From the NCBI GenBank assembly GCA_042852035.1, contig BAAFHK010000001.1, positions 90,001 through 122,000 on the forward strand: a DNA stretch of 32,000 bases, read 5' to 3'. The position numbers and the translations under genes were made by a program. Shown piece by piece: positions 20,142 to 29,632 of the stretch (its first letter is position 1; each line of letters begins with the position of its first letter). The notes beneath the pieces are model-generated. The model saw only the letters and a list, made by a program, of their open reading frames with translations. It did not search any database and was not told the DNA's origin. Origin of the DNA: Candidatus Saccharimonadota bacterium. Lineage in GTDB: Bacteria; Patescibacteriota; Gracilibacteria; BD1-5; UBA2023.

Positions 20142-21761
20142 TTAATTCACATTTCTTTTCGGGAAGATATCTGTTGCGGCTGTTTCGACAGCTCTTCTTA
20201 CTTTTTCGATTCTGGCTTCAGGAGAAAGGTCTTTGAGGTTGAGTCTGAGATAGTGTACTCCTTCTTCTGGCTCTGCCTTTCTCATGGCATCGATTGTGGC
20301 TTGGAACTCTCCGTCTTCGGGAAGGATGATGCCACTATCGCTAAGTTCTCTTCTGAATTGTGCATGATGAGAAGTTTCGAGGATTACGATAGGAGTTCAG
20401 GCTCTTTGATGGTCTGCGAGCGTTCCATCAATGGTTGGAGTGGCAGCAGTAGCTGTATGGGTTTCGATAGGGTGACCATAGAGATCAAGAAATTCTTGGA
20501 TGGTACCGAGTCGTTGCTCATTTGTACTTTTTGATGAACTGAAAATACTCTGAATATTTCTTCGTGTTTCAGCATCAACTTCAAAATATCATTTATTCTT
20601 CAGATCGACATTATACCATTGGTTTATCTTTGCTTGATCTCATCCGCAAGCAAGAAATATTGCTCGTTCAAGATTACTTGATTTTGCAATATCTTGAGAT
20701 GGTGCATTCGAAATAAATACTTTTTGTTCTTCACGAGGAGCGTATCTTCCTGTTTTTATAAATTCATCGAGAACGTCATTCTCATTGGTGGCAACATGGA
20801 TTTTTATTGGGAGTCCCATATATTTCGCATACATTCCTGCAAGGGCATCTCAGAAATTCCCAGAAGGTACAGAAAAAACCACCTCTTCTCATGACGTGAT
20901 AACTCACTGTTTTATGAGTTCGGTATAAGCTCGGAAATAATAGACAGTTTGTGCGAGTATGCGAGCGATATTAATAGAGTTAAAGGAAGTAATCCCATAC
21001 TCTTGCTTAAATGAAGAAAAACCTTCTCCATTGAGAGCCTTGATAACATCTTGAGCTGGATCAAAGGGGACATCTACAAGGAGGGTGAGAGCATTAGGAT
21101 TATTCATAAGCCCATGAGTCGCTTGGAGAGCCTGTACTTCAGAGGGGCCTTTTCCAGTTCGAGCATCTCTTTCTGGGAGCATGAAAATTGATTTGATATT
21201 TTCTGTGCCTTTTACCCCGAAATGTGCTGCATTGATAGTGTCGCCACTCGACGCTCCGAGTACATGATGGACCTTTGCTTTTGTTCATCTTCGGGTAAGT
21301 TTCTCGATAATAGCATCCAAAAAACGAGGAAGGAATTCGAGAGCGACATTTTTAAATGCCATAGTAGGGCCGTATCAAAGATGAAGCGAGTAGAGTCATT
21401 CTCAGATATGTTTTACAGGAGTTGTATCTTTACTGTACCAATCGTTTCCACTTGGTTTGCTCCATTGTTCTCCATAAGCCTCATCGATAATTGCAGCAAG
21501 CTCATCTCTTGAGATTCCCCAATCAAATGAAGAAAGTATAACCTTTGCCAAAGCCCGATAATCGAGATTTGCCATTCAGGCGAGATATTCAGTGTTGAAT
21601 TTTGGAAAGTCACCCTCACTCATCGTGTAGAGTCAGCCACCAGACTGAGGTTGGCTCTTATATACTGCTTGGGGAAGATCCTCTTTCTCAACAAAACCTC
21701 GTGAATCTACGAGCTGGAAACGCAATACTCGAGCATGTGCATGTTTTTTTAGGGTATACAT
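20142..21761 (-). CDS. thrC: Threonine synthase (long form)
   Basis: Whole frame checked codon by codon: no TAA or TAG, at least 12 TGA. PLP site L[G]YGPTMAFKNVALEF, SSGDT, FNSINIARILAQTVYYFRAY. ATG at 21759-21761, TAA at 20142-20144. Confidence 0.9.
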
Positions 21762-21868
21762 AGAGCGATTGAAAAAGTTTAAAATCCATAAACATAAAAT
21801 ACTCTACGTTTTACTTGAGTAAAGTCAATAGACATGAATAATAAAACAGAATCCTCTCCCTAAAAATA

Positions 21869-22174
21869 CTACTGATTTTTTTCTTCCCCCCACCATTCCG
21901 CGACTTTTAAGAGTTTCTTTATAAGTCCTTCACCTTTTGCTGATAGACCATAACTTCCTTCAGTTTTACATTTCTCGAGAACTCCTAGATCTACAAGCTC
22001 ATTGAGTCGATCAGTTAGTATCTTGGTATTTGCCTCACCAACTCATTTCCTAATATCTGTAAATGTATGAGCTCCGTGATAGATGGCATTCAAAATAAAA
22101 AGAGACCACTTCTTTCCAATAAGAGAAAAAAGACTTGTTGCATTTGGACATGAACATTTGGGTTGCTTCACCAT
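21869..22174 (-). CDS. HxlR-family winged-helix transcriptional regulator
   Basis: CPNATSLFSLIGKKWSLFILNAI..GAHTFTDIRK[G]VGEANTKILTDRLNELVDLGVL. 101 aa. Divergent from the nitroreductase gene. Confidence 0.8.
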
Positions 22175-22216
22175 ATGAAAAGTATAATAGTCAATTTCTT
22201 TTTCAAAGCAAAAAAT

Positions 22217-22244
22217 TTGCAAAACAAGAAAAAATCTATAGTAT
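22217..22244 (+). promoter_or_regulatory. Sigma70-like promoter TTGCAA-N16-TAGTAT for the nitroreductase gene
   Basis: TTGCAA at 22217-22222, TAGTAT at 22239-22244, 32 nt upstream of the ATG at 22277. Confidence 0.4.
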
Positions 22245-22276
22245 CCATTTACTTTATTTTTTAAACTAAATTAATC

Positions 22277-22897
22277 ATGGCTCTAATAGATTCACTTAAA
22301 TGGAGATATGCGACAAAGAAATTTGATACGGAAAAAGTAGTAATGAATGAAGACCTCGATACAATACTTGAGGCGATACGTCTCGCTCCTGCTTCACTTA
22401 ATCTTCAAGCATATAAAATCCATGTAGTAAAAGATCAAGAAACTAAGGATAAGATTCAAGCGGTTGCATGGAATCAGGCACAGATTTGAACTTGTTCACA
22501 CCTTCTTGTATTTACTGCGCGTACAGATTTGATTGATGCAAAGGAGGAGCTTTTCTCTATGCTCTCTGGATGAGACGCGCACGTGAGAAATCAACTTGCC
22601 GGATATGAAGGGATGGTGAGTGGACTCATTACAGGACTTGAGGCATCAAATAGCGCTCTTGCATGGTCAGCGAAACAATCCTATATTGCTCTTGGATTTG
22701 GTATGGTTGCGGCAGCAGAGCTTCGCATAGATAGTTGTCCGATGGAAGGATTTGATGGGGGGAGTGTTGGGGAGATTCTTTCTCTTCCTCCTTCTGAGAC
22801 GGCGGTTGTGATGCTTCCGATAGGATATCGAGCTGAAGGTGAGGGTCCTCGCAGTCCTGAGAAGGTAAGACTTCCGAAAGATGCACTCTTCGTATAA
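22277..22897 (+). CDS. NAD(P)H nitroreductase family protein
   Basis: Fragments 22277-22489 and 22583-22897 are in one frame joined across 2 TGA. N-terminal RYATKKF, LEAIRLAPASLNLQ and C-terminal SCPMEGFD are nitroreductase-fold motifs. Confidence 0.85.
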
Positions 22898-22902
22898 GGA
22901 TT

Positions 22903-22935
22903 AAAAAGACTGGAACAATCTCCAGTCTTTTTTTG
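22903..22935. terminator. Bidirectional intrinsic terminator shared by the nitroreductase gene and the convergent metal cluster
   Basis: AGACTGGA (22907-22914) pairs with TCCAGTCT (22921-22928), with A5 before and T7 after. Confidence 0.75.
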
Positions 22936-22993
22936 CATCGAATTTACCCACTCTATTCTTCTTTTTGGTCTTACGATAACTGAAATCTAGAAA

Positions 22994-23476
22994 TTAGAAT
23001 TTCTCTGAGTTAAGCACCTGTCTCATAGTTTCAGGATCGAGATCATCCTCGGGATTTTCTTTTTGAGGTGCATTCGATTTATCAGATTTTTTTACAATCA
23101 AAGCAGGACCTTCCTTTCTTGCTTTCTCTCTCTTTTTTTCACTCTCTGGGAGGCTTTCAGGGGAGAGAATTGCATTTGCATCGTAGATAACCTTCGATCA
23201 TTGGAATACATTTTTTTTCTCCTTTTCTTTCATTTTTTTTCTATGACTTTGATAGAAAGAATTTGAAAAATAGAGTATTCCAATAATAGCAATCGGATAT
23301 TGGTAGGCTTTAAGGAAGTCGAGAATAAATGCAAATTGATTCATCCAAGATACTCCCTCACGAATGAGAAAGTTTCTATTCTCAGAATCAAGCCAAAAGC
23401 CCGTGAGCTCATGATCCCAAAGGAAGAGTATAGTTATGAAGAGGAGAAAAAAGATAAAAAGGAGGAATTTTCTCAT
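22994..23476 (-). CDS. Hypothetical membrane protein with a charged Lys/Glu-rich C-terminal tail
   Basis: ATG at 23474-23476 lies 11 nt after the CDF stop. Two or three hydrophobic helices, reads through TGA at 23198, TAA at 22994-22996. The track start at 23509 is a TTG. Confidence 0.5.
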
Positions 23477-23487
23477 ATGAGAAGGGG

Positions 23488-24384
23488 TTATGTATTGTGT
23501 ATGGGGCAAACTTCTGGTTCAGGATCGGTATCAAGATGGAGAGTGATGGTTGCTCCAAGAAAACGGGCTCATAAGGCTGACTCAAGAGATTCAGACACAT
23601 TATGAGCATCCTGGAGAGATATTTTTTTGTCACGGAAAACGATATGTGCTTCGATAAATATATCATCTCATGACCGTCTTGTTTTAAGGAAATGGTAGGA
23701 TTCAAGTCATTTCTCACTCTTTAATAAACTATCAATTTCCTTTATTTCCTCTTCGCTTAATGATCGATCAAGAAGCATATTGATTCAATTCCAAAGGATT
23801 GGCAGCGCGTTTTTAAGTATCCAAAGAGCTATGGCAATAGCAAAAATCGAATCTGTCCACCATAAACCGAAGAATTTCGTAAGTATAAGAGCGAGAAGTA
23901 TTCCTATATTCATGACAAGATCTGATGAATAATGGAGTGCATCTGATTGAATAAGAAGTGACTTTTGTATTTTTGAGACTCGCAAAAAATTCCACATAAT
24001 GAGAATGGTTCAGAGTATTGCAAGAATCATGGCAGAAATTTCAATACCCGAGATTTCAGGATGTTTTTGGGCTGTAAAATTTACTATGCCGTTATATCAA
24101 AGGAATAGTCCAGAACCCAGCACGATACTTCATTCGAAAATTGCAGCAAATCCTTGAACTTTCCCAAGGCCATAAGAATAGTTTCGAGTTTTATCCTTTT
24201 CTGAAAGCCATAGTGCTCAGGCATTTACAGAGGAAACGAACATATCCATAAATGAATCAAGAGCCGATCAAAGAATAGCAAGAGATCCTGATAAGAAACC
24301 TATAACTGCCTTTAGAATTGCTAAAACAAGAGAGATAATCAGTGCAAATCTGATTGCGAATTTAGGGGTGCTAGGAAGTTTCAT
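23488..24384 (-). CDS. Cation diffusion facilitator (CDF) family divalent-metal efflux transporter
   Basis: 298 aa checked codon by codon. ...LGSALDSFMDM..., HYSSDLVMNIG, and a cytoplasmic C-terminal domain ...FIEAHIVF...ITLHLD. ATG at 24382-24384, TAA at 23488-23490. Confidence 0.85.
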
Positions 24385-24475
24385 AAAAGACAGATATAAA
24401 ATGAGCATATTCATTTTTTATCTTTCATCAATCAAAACTCTCAAGTTAAACTCATTATATGGGTTTATATTTTTT

Positions 24476-25252
24476 TTAATGTTGAGTATATTCACTGGTT
24501 TCGGTCGATTCTTCATGATGATGGTGCTCTGCAAATAATGACATAAAGAGTACTCCTATAAGAAATGCGAGGATGGAGAGGTATTTGTTTTTTGTCGTTG
24601 AGTGAATGACAGGTAAGAGGTCAGTCGTTGCTATGTAAAGTAATGAACCACCAGCAAATGCTGCAGCAAGACCAACGATAACTTCACTTACATTTGACAG
24701 CATAAAATCTGAAATAAAGTACCCCAATGGTGCTGCGAATGCAAATAAGGTAACCAAGACTATTTGAAATCGTTTCTGTAACTTTGATTCACGCATAAGT
24801 GCCGCAAGGGAGAGCGAGACAGGGATTTGATGGACTCATACTCAAAAAAGTATCGCATATCCTGCCGCTTCTGAGAGTCACATTCCGGCACGAATGCCAA
24901 CTCCATCAAGGAGTGTATGACTAAATATCGCAAGAAAAGATACGACTGCCACATGATCATAGTGTTCGTGTGGGTCTTCGTGTGCATGATCACCATGTGA
25001 GTGATCATGTCGATGAGGAGTAAGAAGCTCCTCAATAAGATAGATACTAATAAAACCACTGAGAAATGCATATACAGCAAGCTCTGTTTGTTCGAGTGAT
25101 TCTGGGAAAATATGTACCAATGAAACAGCAAGCATCGATCATGCACCAACGGCAATAAGAAGGTTTAAAAGCGCTGTATTAATTTTTTGAAAAAAATAGA
25201 GCAGAAGTCATGTAGCTGAAATTGCCGTGAGAATAGAGAGAGGAAGTAACAT
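24476..25252 (-). CDS. ZIP family zinc transporter (ZupT-like) with His-rich loop and tail
   Basis: Fragments 24476-24796 and 24878-25135 plus the N-terminus are in one frame. His-rich loop HRHDHSHGDHAHEDPHEHYDH, HTLLDGVGI, VHQIPVS, C-terminal EHHHHEE. Confidence 0.85.
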
Positions 25253-25276
25253 AAATATGAATTGATTTATAATGAA

Positions 25277-26227
25277 TTAAGATGCAAAGAGTACTGATCT
25301 ACCCGCCGTGCTACACTCATCGAGGAGTTTTCTGATGAGAGCTTCATCCATATTTTTCCCGATAAAAACAAGCTGAGAATTATTCGGTACACTTCGATGC
25401 CACGGTTCCATAGTGAATCTCGCTCACGCTTTTTGTATGAGCCACCATTCTCCGGGTTTTTCCGTGAACTCAACAAATCACTTTACTCGATAGGCATCGG
25501 TTGTGAGATCTTCGAAGAATTGGTCGAGTTCGCGGGCTTTCATTTTTCCGTTCGGGGTATAGGAGAAAACTTGGAGGTCCTCATGACCATGTTTGCTTTT
25601 TTCTTTTCCTTGCTCATACATCTCCGGATAGAGGGAAAATCTTTCGGTTGAGAGGAGGAGGTTAAGGTCTACTTTTCCGTATTCGGTATAAATAATAGGA
25701 GCAAATGCATTCACCCTTTGTATGAGTCATTCAAGATATTTTTTCTTAGATGATTCAATAAGGTCACACTTGTTCATGATTATAAAATCTGCAAATTCAA
25801 GCTGATCCAGTGCGATATCTGGATTTGAAATGAGTAGGTTTTCAAAATTGAGCGCATCAACCAGGCATATTATGGAATCAAGTTTTACCCTTCAGCCCAT
25901 GTCATTCATAAGAAAAGACTGCGCTATCGGAAGGGGTTCGCTTGCTCAGGATGCCTCGATTACAATCGCATCAATCTTTTTGCCACTATCAAGGAGTCTT
26001 TCAATCGCATCCATCCAATCTTTGCGAACAACGCAACACATACAACCGTTCGAGACTTCGATGAGCTCTTCGCTTGATTTTTCGATGAGGTCAGAATCAA
26101 TAGAAGTTTCTCAAAACTCATTTTCGACCACCGCAATTTTGATACCATGATCCCCAGTGAGTATGTGGTTGAGGAGAGTAGTTTTTCCGCTCCCAAGAAA
26201 ACCAGTGACGATAGTTATAGGTATCAT
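25277..26227 (-). CDS. CobW/G3E-family metallochaperone GTPase (ZigA/YeiR-like)
   Basis: P-loop [21 protein letters not shown] metal motif, NKCDL, CobW C-terminal domain. Frame verified with no TAA or TAG. ATG at 26225-26227, TAA at 25277-25279. Confidence 0.9.
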
Positions 26228-26230
26228 GAG

Positions 26231-26578
26231 TTAGTTTTTACAGTGGTTACAATTTTTTATGAGTTCTATGGTTTCCGATTTTATGGAATCAGGAGCAAGT
26301 GGAGTATGTTTTTCTTCGATGCTGTGGCAATTTATGCAGCATTTGAGCGTCACAGCATCCTCCTTTTTTTTGCACTGACAGAGAGTAAAATATTTTTCCC
26401 CGTCATACTCGACCCGATGAATGATTCACTCACTCATGAACTTATCGAGGATTCGATAGAGTGTTGTTTGATTCATTTCATGTGTATGGATAAAGCATTC
26501 TTTCAGTTTCCGAAGAGAACTTGTTTTTACATTTTCTAAAAATGAAAGAATATGTCTTCTGTGAATTGTGGAAAGCAT
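26231..26578 (-). CDS. Fur-family metalloregulator, Zur-like by genomic context
   Basis: HRRHILSFLEN...NQTTLYRILDKFMSE[G]IIHRVEYDGEKYF and CxxC pairs (CINC, NCNHC). Its stop is 3 nt before the cobW-like ATG. The ATG at 26576-26578 is favoured because the alternative ATG at 26620 lies inside the predicted promoter. Confidence 0.75.
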
Positions 26579-26585
26579 AAAATGG

Positions 26586-26622
26586 ATTCTATTTAAAATG
26601 CATTTTTTTTGCAAATGCATTT
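26586..26622 (-). promoter_or_regulatory. Promoter TTGCAA-N17-TAGAAT overlapped by two copies of the palindrome AAATGCATTT (candidate Fur/Zur operator)
   Basis: Minus-strand -35 equals plus 26609-26614, -10 equals plus 26586-26591. Palindromes at 26596-26605 and 26613-22 (that is, 26613-26622). The -10 element ends 7 nt before the ATG at 26578. Confidence 0.45.
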
Positions 26623-26640
26623 TTTTATATCTTGAAGGTA

Positions 26641-26663
26641 CAAAAAAACCTGCCGAAGCAGGG
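26641..26663 (-). terminator. Intrinsic terminator after the first Fur paralog
   Basis: CCTGC-CGAA-GCAGG hairpin followed on the minus strand by T7. Confidence 0.7.
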
Positions 26664-26671
26664 AATTGTGT

Positions 26672-27046
26672 TTAGTGAATCATACAGGCATTACAGTTTT
26701 TCATTCGAGCAAAGGTGTCGCTTGAAATGTATGGATTTGCAAGTTTTGAGTGTACGTCATAGATAGCTCAACAATTCTCACAAAAACTTATTGTTATGGC
26801 ATCATTTGGTCCAGCGTGTTCACACTGACATGGGAATATTACTCGTTCTCAAGCAACAGTCATCTCGTGTATAAGTCCTTGATCACGAAATGCGTCAACA
26901 ATTCGATAGAGTGTGGCGAGATTCATTCCTGGATGTCATTTCTTTCCGACAAGCTGCTTTTTTAAATCAGAAAAGGTAATTCGATTTGCTTGACTCAGTG
27001 CTTCGACAAATCTTTTTCGTGGTTCGGTAATTCGTGTTTCTGCCAT
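26672..27046 (-). CDS. Fur-family transcriptional regulator (second paralog)
   Basis: Only visible with TGA=Gly. RITEPRKRFVEAL...NLATLYRIVDAFRDQGLIHEM...FPCQCEH...FCENC[G]...NCNAC. ATG at 27044-27046, TAA at 26672-26674. Confidence 0.75.
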
Positions 27047-27080
27047 GTTCTTTTGGGTGTAAAATTTTAACGAGATTGGA

Positions 27081-27108
27081 AATATAGCGAGTTTTTTTAT
27101 ATTTGCAA
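27081..27108 (-). promoter_or_regulatory. Promoter TTGCAA-N16-TATATT for the upstream Fur paralog
   Basis: -35 equals plus 27103-27108 (within ATTTGCAAAT), -10 equals plus 27081-27086. Confidence 0.4.
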
Positions 27109-27198
27109 ATTTTTGCGCAGAAAATTATTTTTGTACTTTTTGCACAAGGAGATTCAATGAGATTTATCAACCTTAAAGGAAAATATTCTTCTCAATTT

Positions 27199-28281
27199 TT
27201 ACCAGTTCCAGACCGTTCCAGCAACTCAAACCTCAAAAATCTGTCATTGATATTCTGGTCTTTTTTTTGCTTCAGCAAGATCATCCAATGGATCATCTTG
27301 ATTGTCATCGGCGAGGTCAAAAGTAGAATGGTGGATTCCTATAGCTTTTTTGACCTTAAGCTCTCTTTGTATTTGCATACCTTCAAATGGGTCGGTATGC
27401 ACTGGAGCCATGAACCAACGAGGCTTGTAAGCACCGATAGGAATCAGTCCAAAATCAAAACCATCATCAAATTTTGAAGCAACCTTTTTTATGAATTCAC
27501 CATATCAAGTATCTCAGGCAAAGTAGAGTGATTTTCATGCAATCTCGATTCGAAAACCTCACCAGAGCGTTCTATTTCTGTCAGTAACTCAGCGAGCAGA
27601 AAAGTGCTGCGAAGGGAGATATGTGATTGTTGCTTTCCCATTTTCTGTATACTCTTCACTATCCCACCAATCCATCTCGATAACATGATTGATTGATCGT
27701 TTTTTGAGGTACTTTTTATTCCCAAGACCAGTGTATATAACAGGATTATCTCGTTCTTCCAATTTTTGGAGGGTTGGTACCTCCATATGATCATAATGAT
27801 TGTGAGAAAGAAGGATGATATCTATTTTTGGAAGGTTTTCGAATGTGATTCCAGGGTCTTGATATCGTTTTGGTCCAATCCATGACCATGGGCTTGATCG
27901 GTTATTCCAAACTGGATCAGTAAGGATATTGAGTCCATCGGTTTGGATGAGATATGTTGCATGTCAGACATTCGTAATACGAAATCATTTATCATTGGTT
28001 GCTTGAGGTACAACAGGGGTTATTTCTCGTTTTATCCACTTTCTTTTATTTCTGTGGAGAAGCCAATAAATAAGTCCTCCTTTTCTTTCTCGTCACCATT
28101 CTATTTGAAGGGATTCTCGAGGAGACCATCAAATATTGTAAAAATGTTTTCCATCAAAATGATCTGTTTTTTTACCAGGAAATTTGTCGCTCGCATAAAA
28201 ATGGTTCGCTACTAATAGTGCTATACCAAAAAGTATACCACTGTAGAATATCGAGAAGAGAAGTGTAATAATCGTATCCAT
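27199..28281 (-). CDS. MBL-fold metallo-hydrolase (NAPE-PLD-like) with N-terminal TM helix
   Basis: Frame verified codon by codon. LLSHNHYDHM (HxHxDH), GHATYLIQTDG, FAGDTGY, IGIHHSTF. ATG at 28279-28281, TAA at 27199-27201. Confidence 0.85.
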
Positions 28282-28283
28282 GT

Positions 28284-28308
28284 AAGAGAAAGCCGACCTT
28301 AGGCCGGC
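28284..28308 (-). terminator. Possible terminator: GC-rich hairpin GCCGGCC-TAA-GGTCGGC plus a T-rich tract
   Basis: Hairpin at plus 28292-28308, preceded on the minus strand by a second hairpin CGCCAA-GGT-TTGGCG (plus 28308-28322). It ends only 3 nt upstream of the MBL ATG. Confidence 0.35.
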
Positions 28309-28359
28309 GCCAAACCTTGGCGGAGTATAAAGAAGTTTAGCATTTCTGCAAGCGAATTC

Positions 28360-29484
28360 CTAAACAAAGAGAGTTTTCAGAACAAAGAAAATAGTTCCAG
28401 CAAGGACGGTTGAAACAGGGAGTGTGAGAACCCAAGCCATAAGAATTGCTTTAATGGTATCTCCTTGAAGTCCACCTTTTCCGTGTTCATGAGCCATAGT
28501 TCCAGCTACTCCAGATGAGAGAATGTGTGTTGTTGATACAGGGAGATGAAGGTGCGATGCTGATTCTATGGTAATGGCTGTCATGAGAGAAGCGACCGTT
28601 GCTTGAGCATAGGTAAGTTTATCTTTTCCGATTTTTTCCCCGATGGTGATAACGATACGCTTCCATCCAACCATGGTTCCGAGTCCGAGAGAAATAGAAA
28701 TCATGATAATTACCCAATATGGAATTTGCTCTGTTCCACTAATAATACCAGCGATATTATAATCTGCTGGGAAGAATGCTATAAGGATAAGCATAGCAAG
28801 TCCGACTCATTTTTGACCGTCATTTGATCCATGTGCAAAACTCACGAATGCACTTGAAGTTATGAGAGTGCTTTTGATCCAAGTCTTTGGATATTTATTC
28901 CAGAAACGCCCCGGATGTTTAAAGAAGTCCTTATTTGTTACATAAAGATGAAGGATATGCATAGCACCAAAAGCAAGAACAAATCCCACAAAAGGAGAAA
29001 CAAGGAGAGATTCAAGAGTTTCAATAACTTTATGCCAAGGAAGAAGTACTGAGTTATCTGAAAATTTCATCACAAGCCCTACTCAAAGGATTGATCCAAT
29101 AAGCGTATGTGAGCTCGATGCTGGGATACCAAGATACCAAGTTCCAAAATTCCAGATAATTGCTGCAATAAGTAGAGAAAGTACGGCACAAATCCCAAAG
29201 GACATGCTAGAGGCGGCTATTTTATCGAGAGGAAGAAGCTTCATAATACCAATAGCAACTCAAGTTCCTCAAACAACTACACCGAGAAAGTTAAAGAATG
29301 CTGCGAGAAGTACGGCTTTTTTTGCTGAGAGTGAATTTGAATAGATTACTGGAGCAACAGCATTGGCTGTATCATGAAAGCCATTAATAAATTCAAAGGC
29401 ACATACGAGCGCAAGACAAAGGCTTGCAAAAATAAGAGGAGCGTCCATAGGTAAAAAAGGATAAATACCGAAATATTCTCTCAT
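28360..29484 (-). CDS. pit: Inorganic phosphate transporter, PiT family (second paralog, no DUF47 partner)
   Basis: [27 protein letters not shown][G][18 protein letters not shown]. Fragments 28360-28794, 28807-29073 and 29269-29484 are in one frame. ATG at 29482-29484 (alternative ATG at 29448), TAG at 28360-28362. Confidence 0.9.
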
Positions 29485-29632
29485 AATTCGTGATTAAATG
29501 CAAAAAACTCAATCTTTTTTGTCGTTCTTTTGCTTTTTTATAAGAAATTTTTATTATGGAGACTACGAATCGTGAATATTCACTATACGTGGAAGAGAGT
29601 ATCTTCATCTTATTTTCTCATAATTAAAACTT

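Noticed and set aside
22217-27110. The recurring near-palindrome (A)TTTGCAAA(T) at 22216-22224, 26608-26616 and 27101-27110, considered as a shared Fur box
   Set aside because: In all three places TTGCAA sits 16-17 nt upstream of a TAnnAT hexamer, so it is most simply the -35 element of sigma70-type promoters. Only the ATGCAT palindromes at 26596-26622 are kept as operator candidates.
29485-29632. A possible glmS ribozyme in the leader of glmS
   Set aside because: The 148-nt upstream region is AT-rich and shows none of the conserved GC-rich pseudoknotted core of the ribozyme. It is more likely just a divergent promoter region shared with pit.
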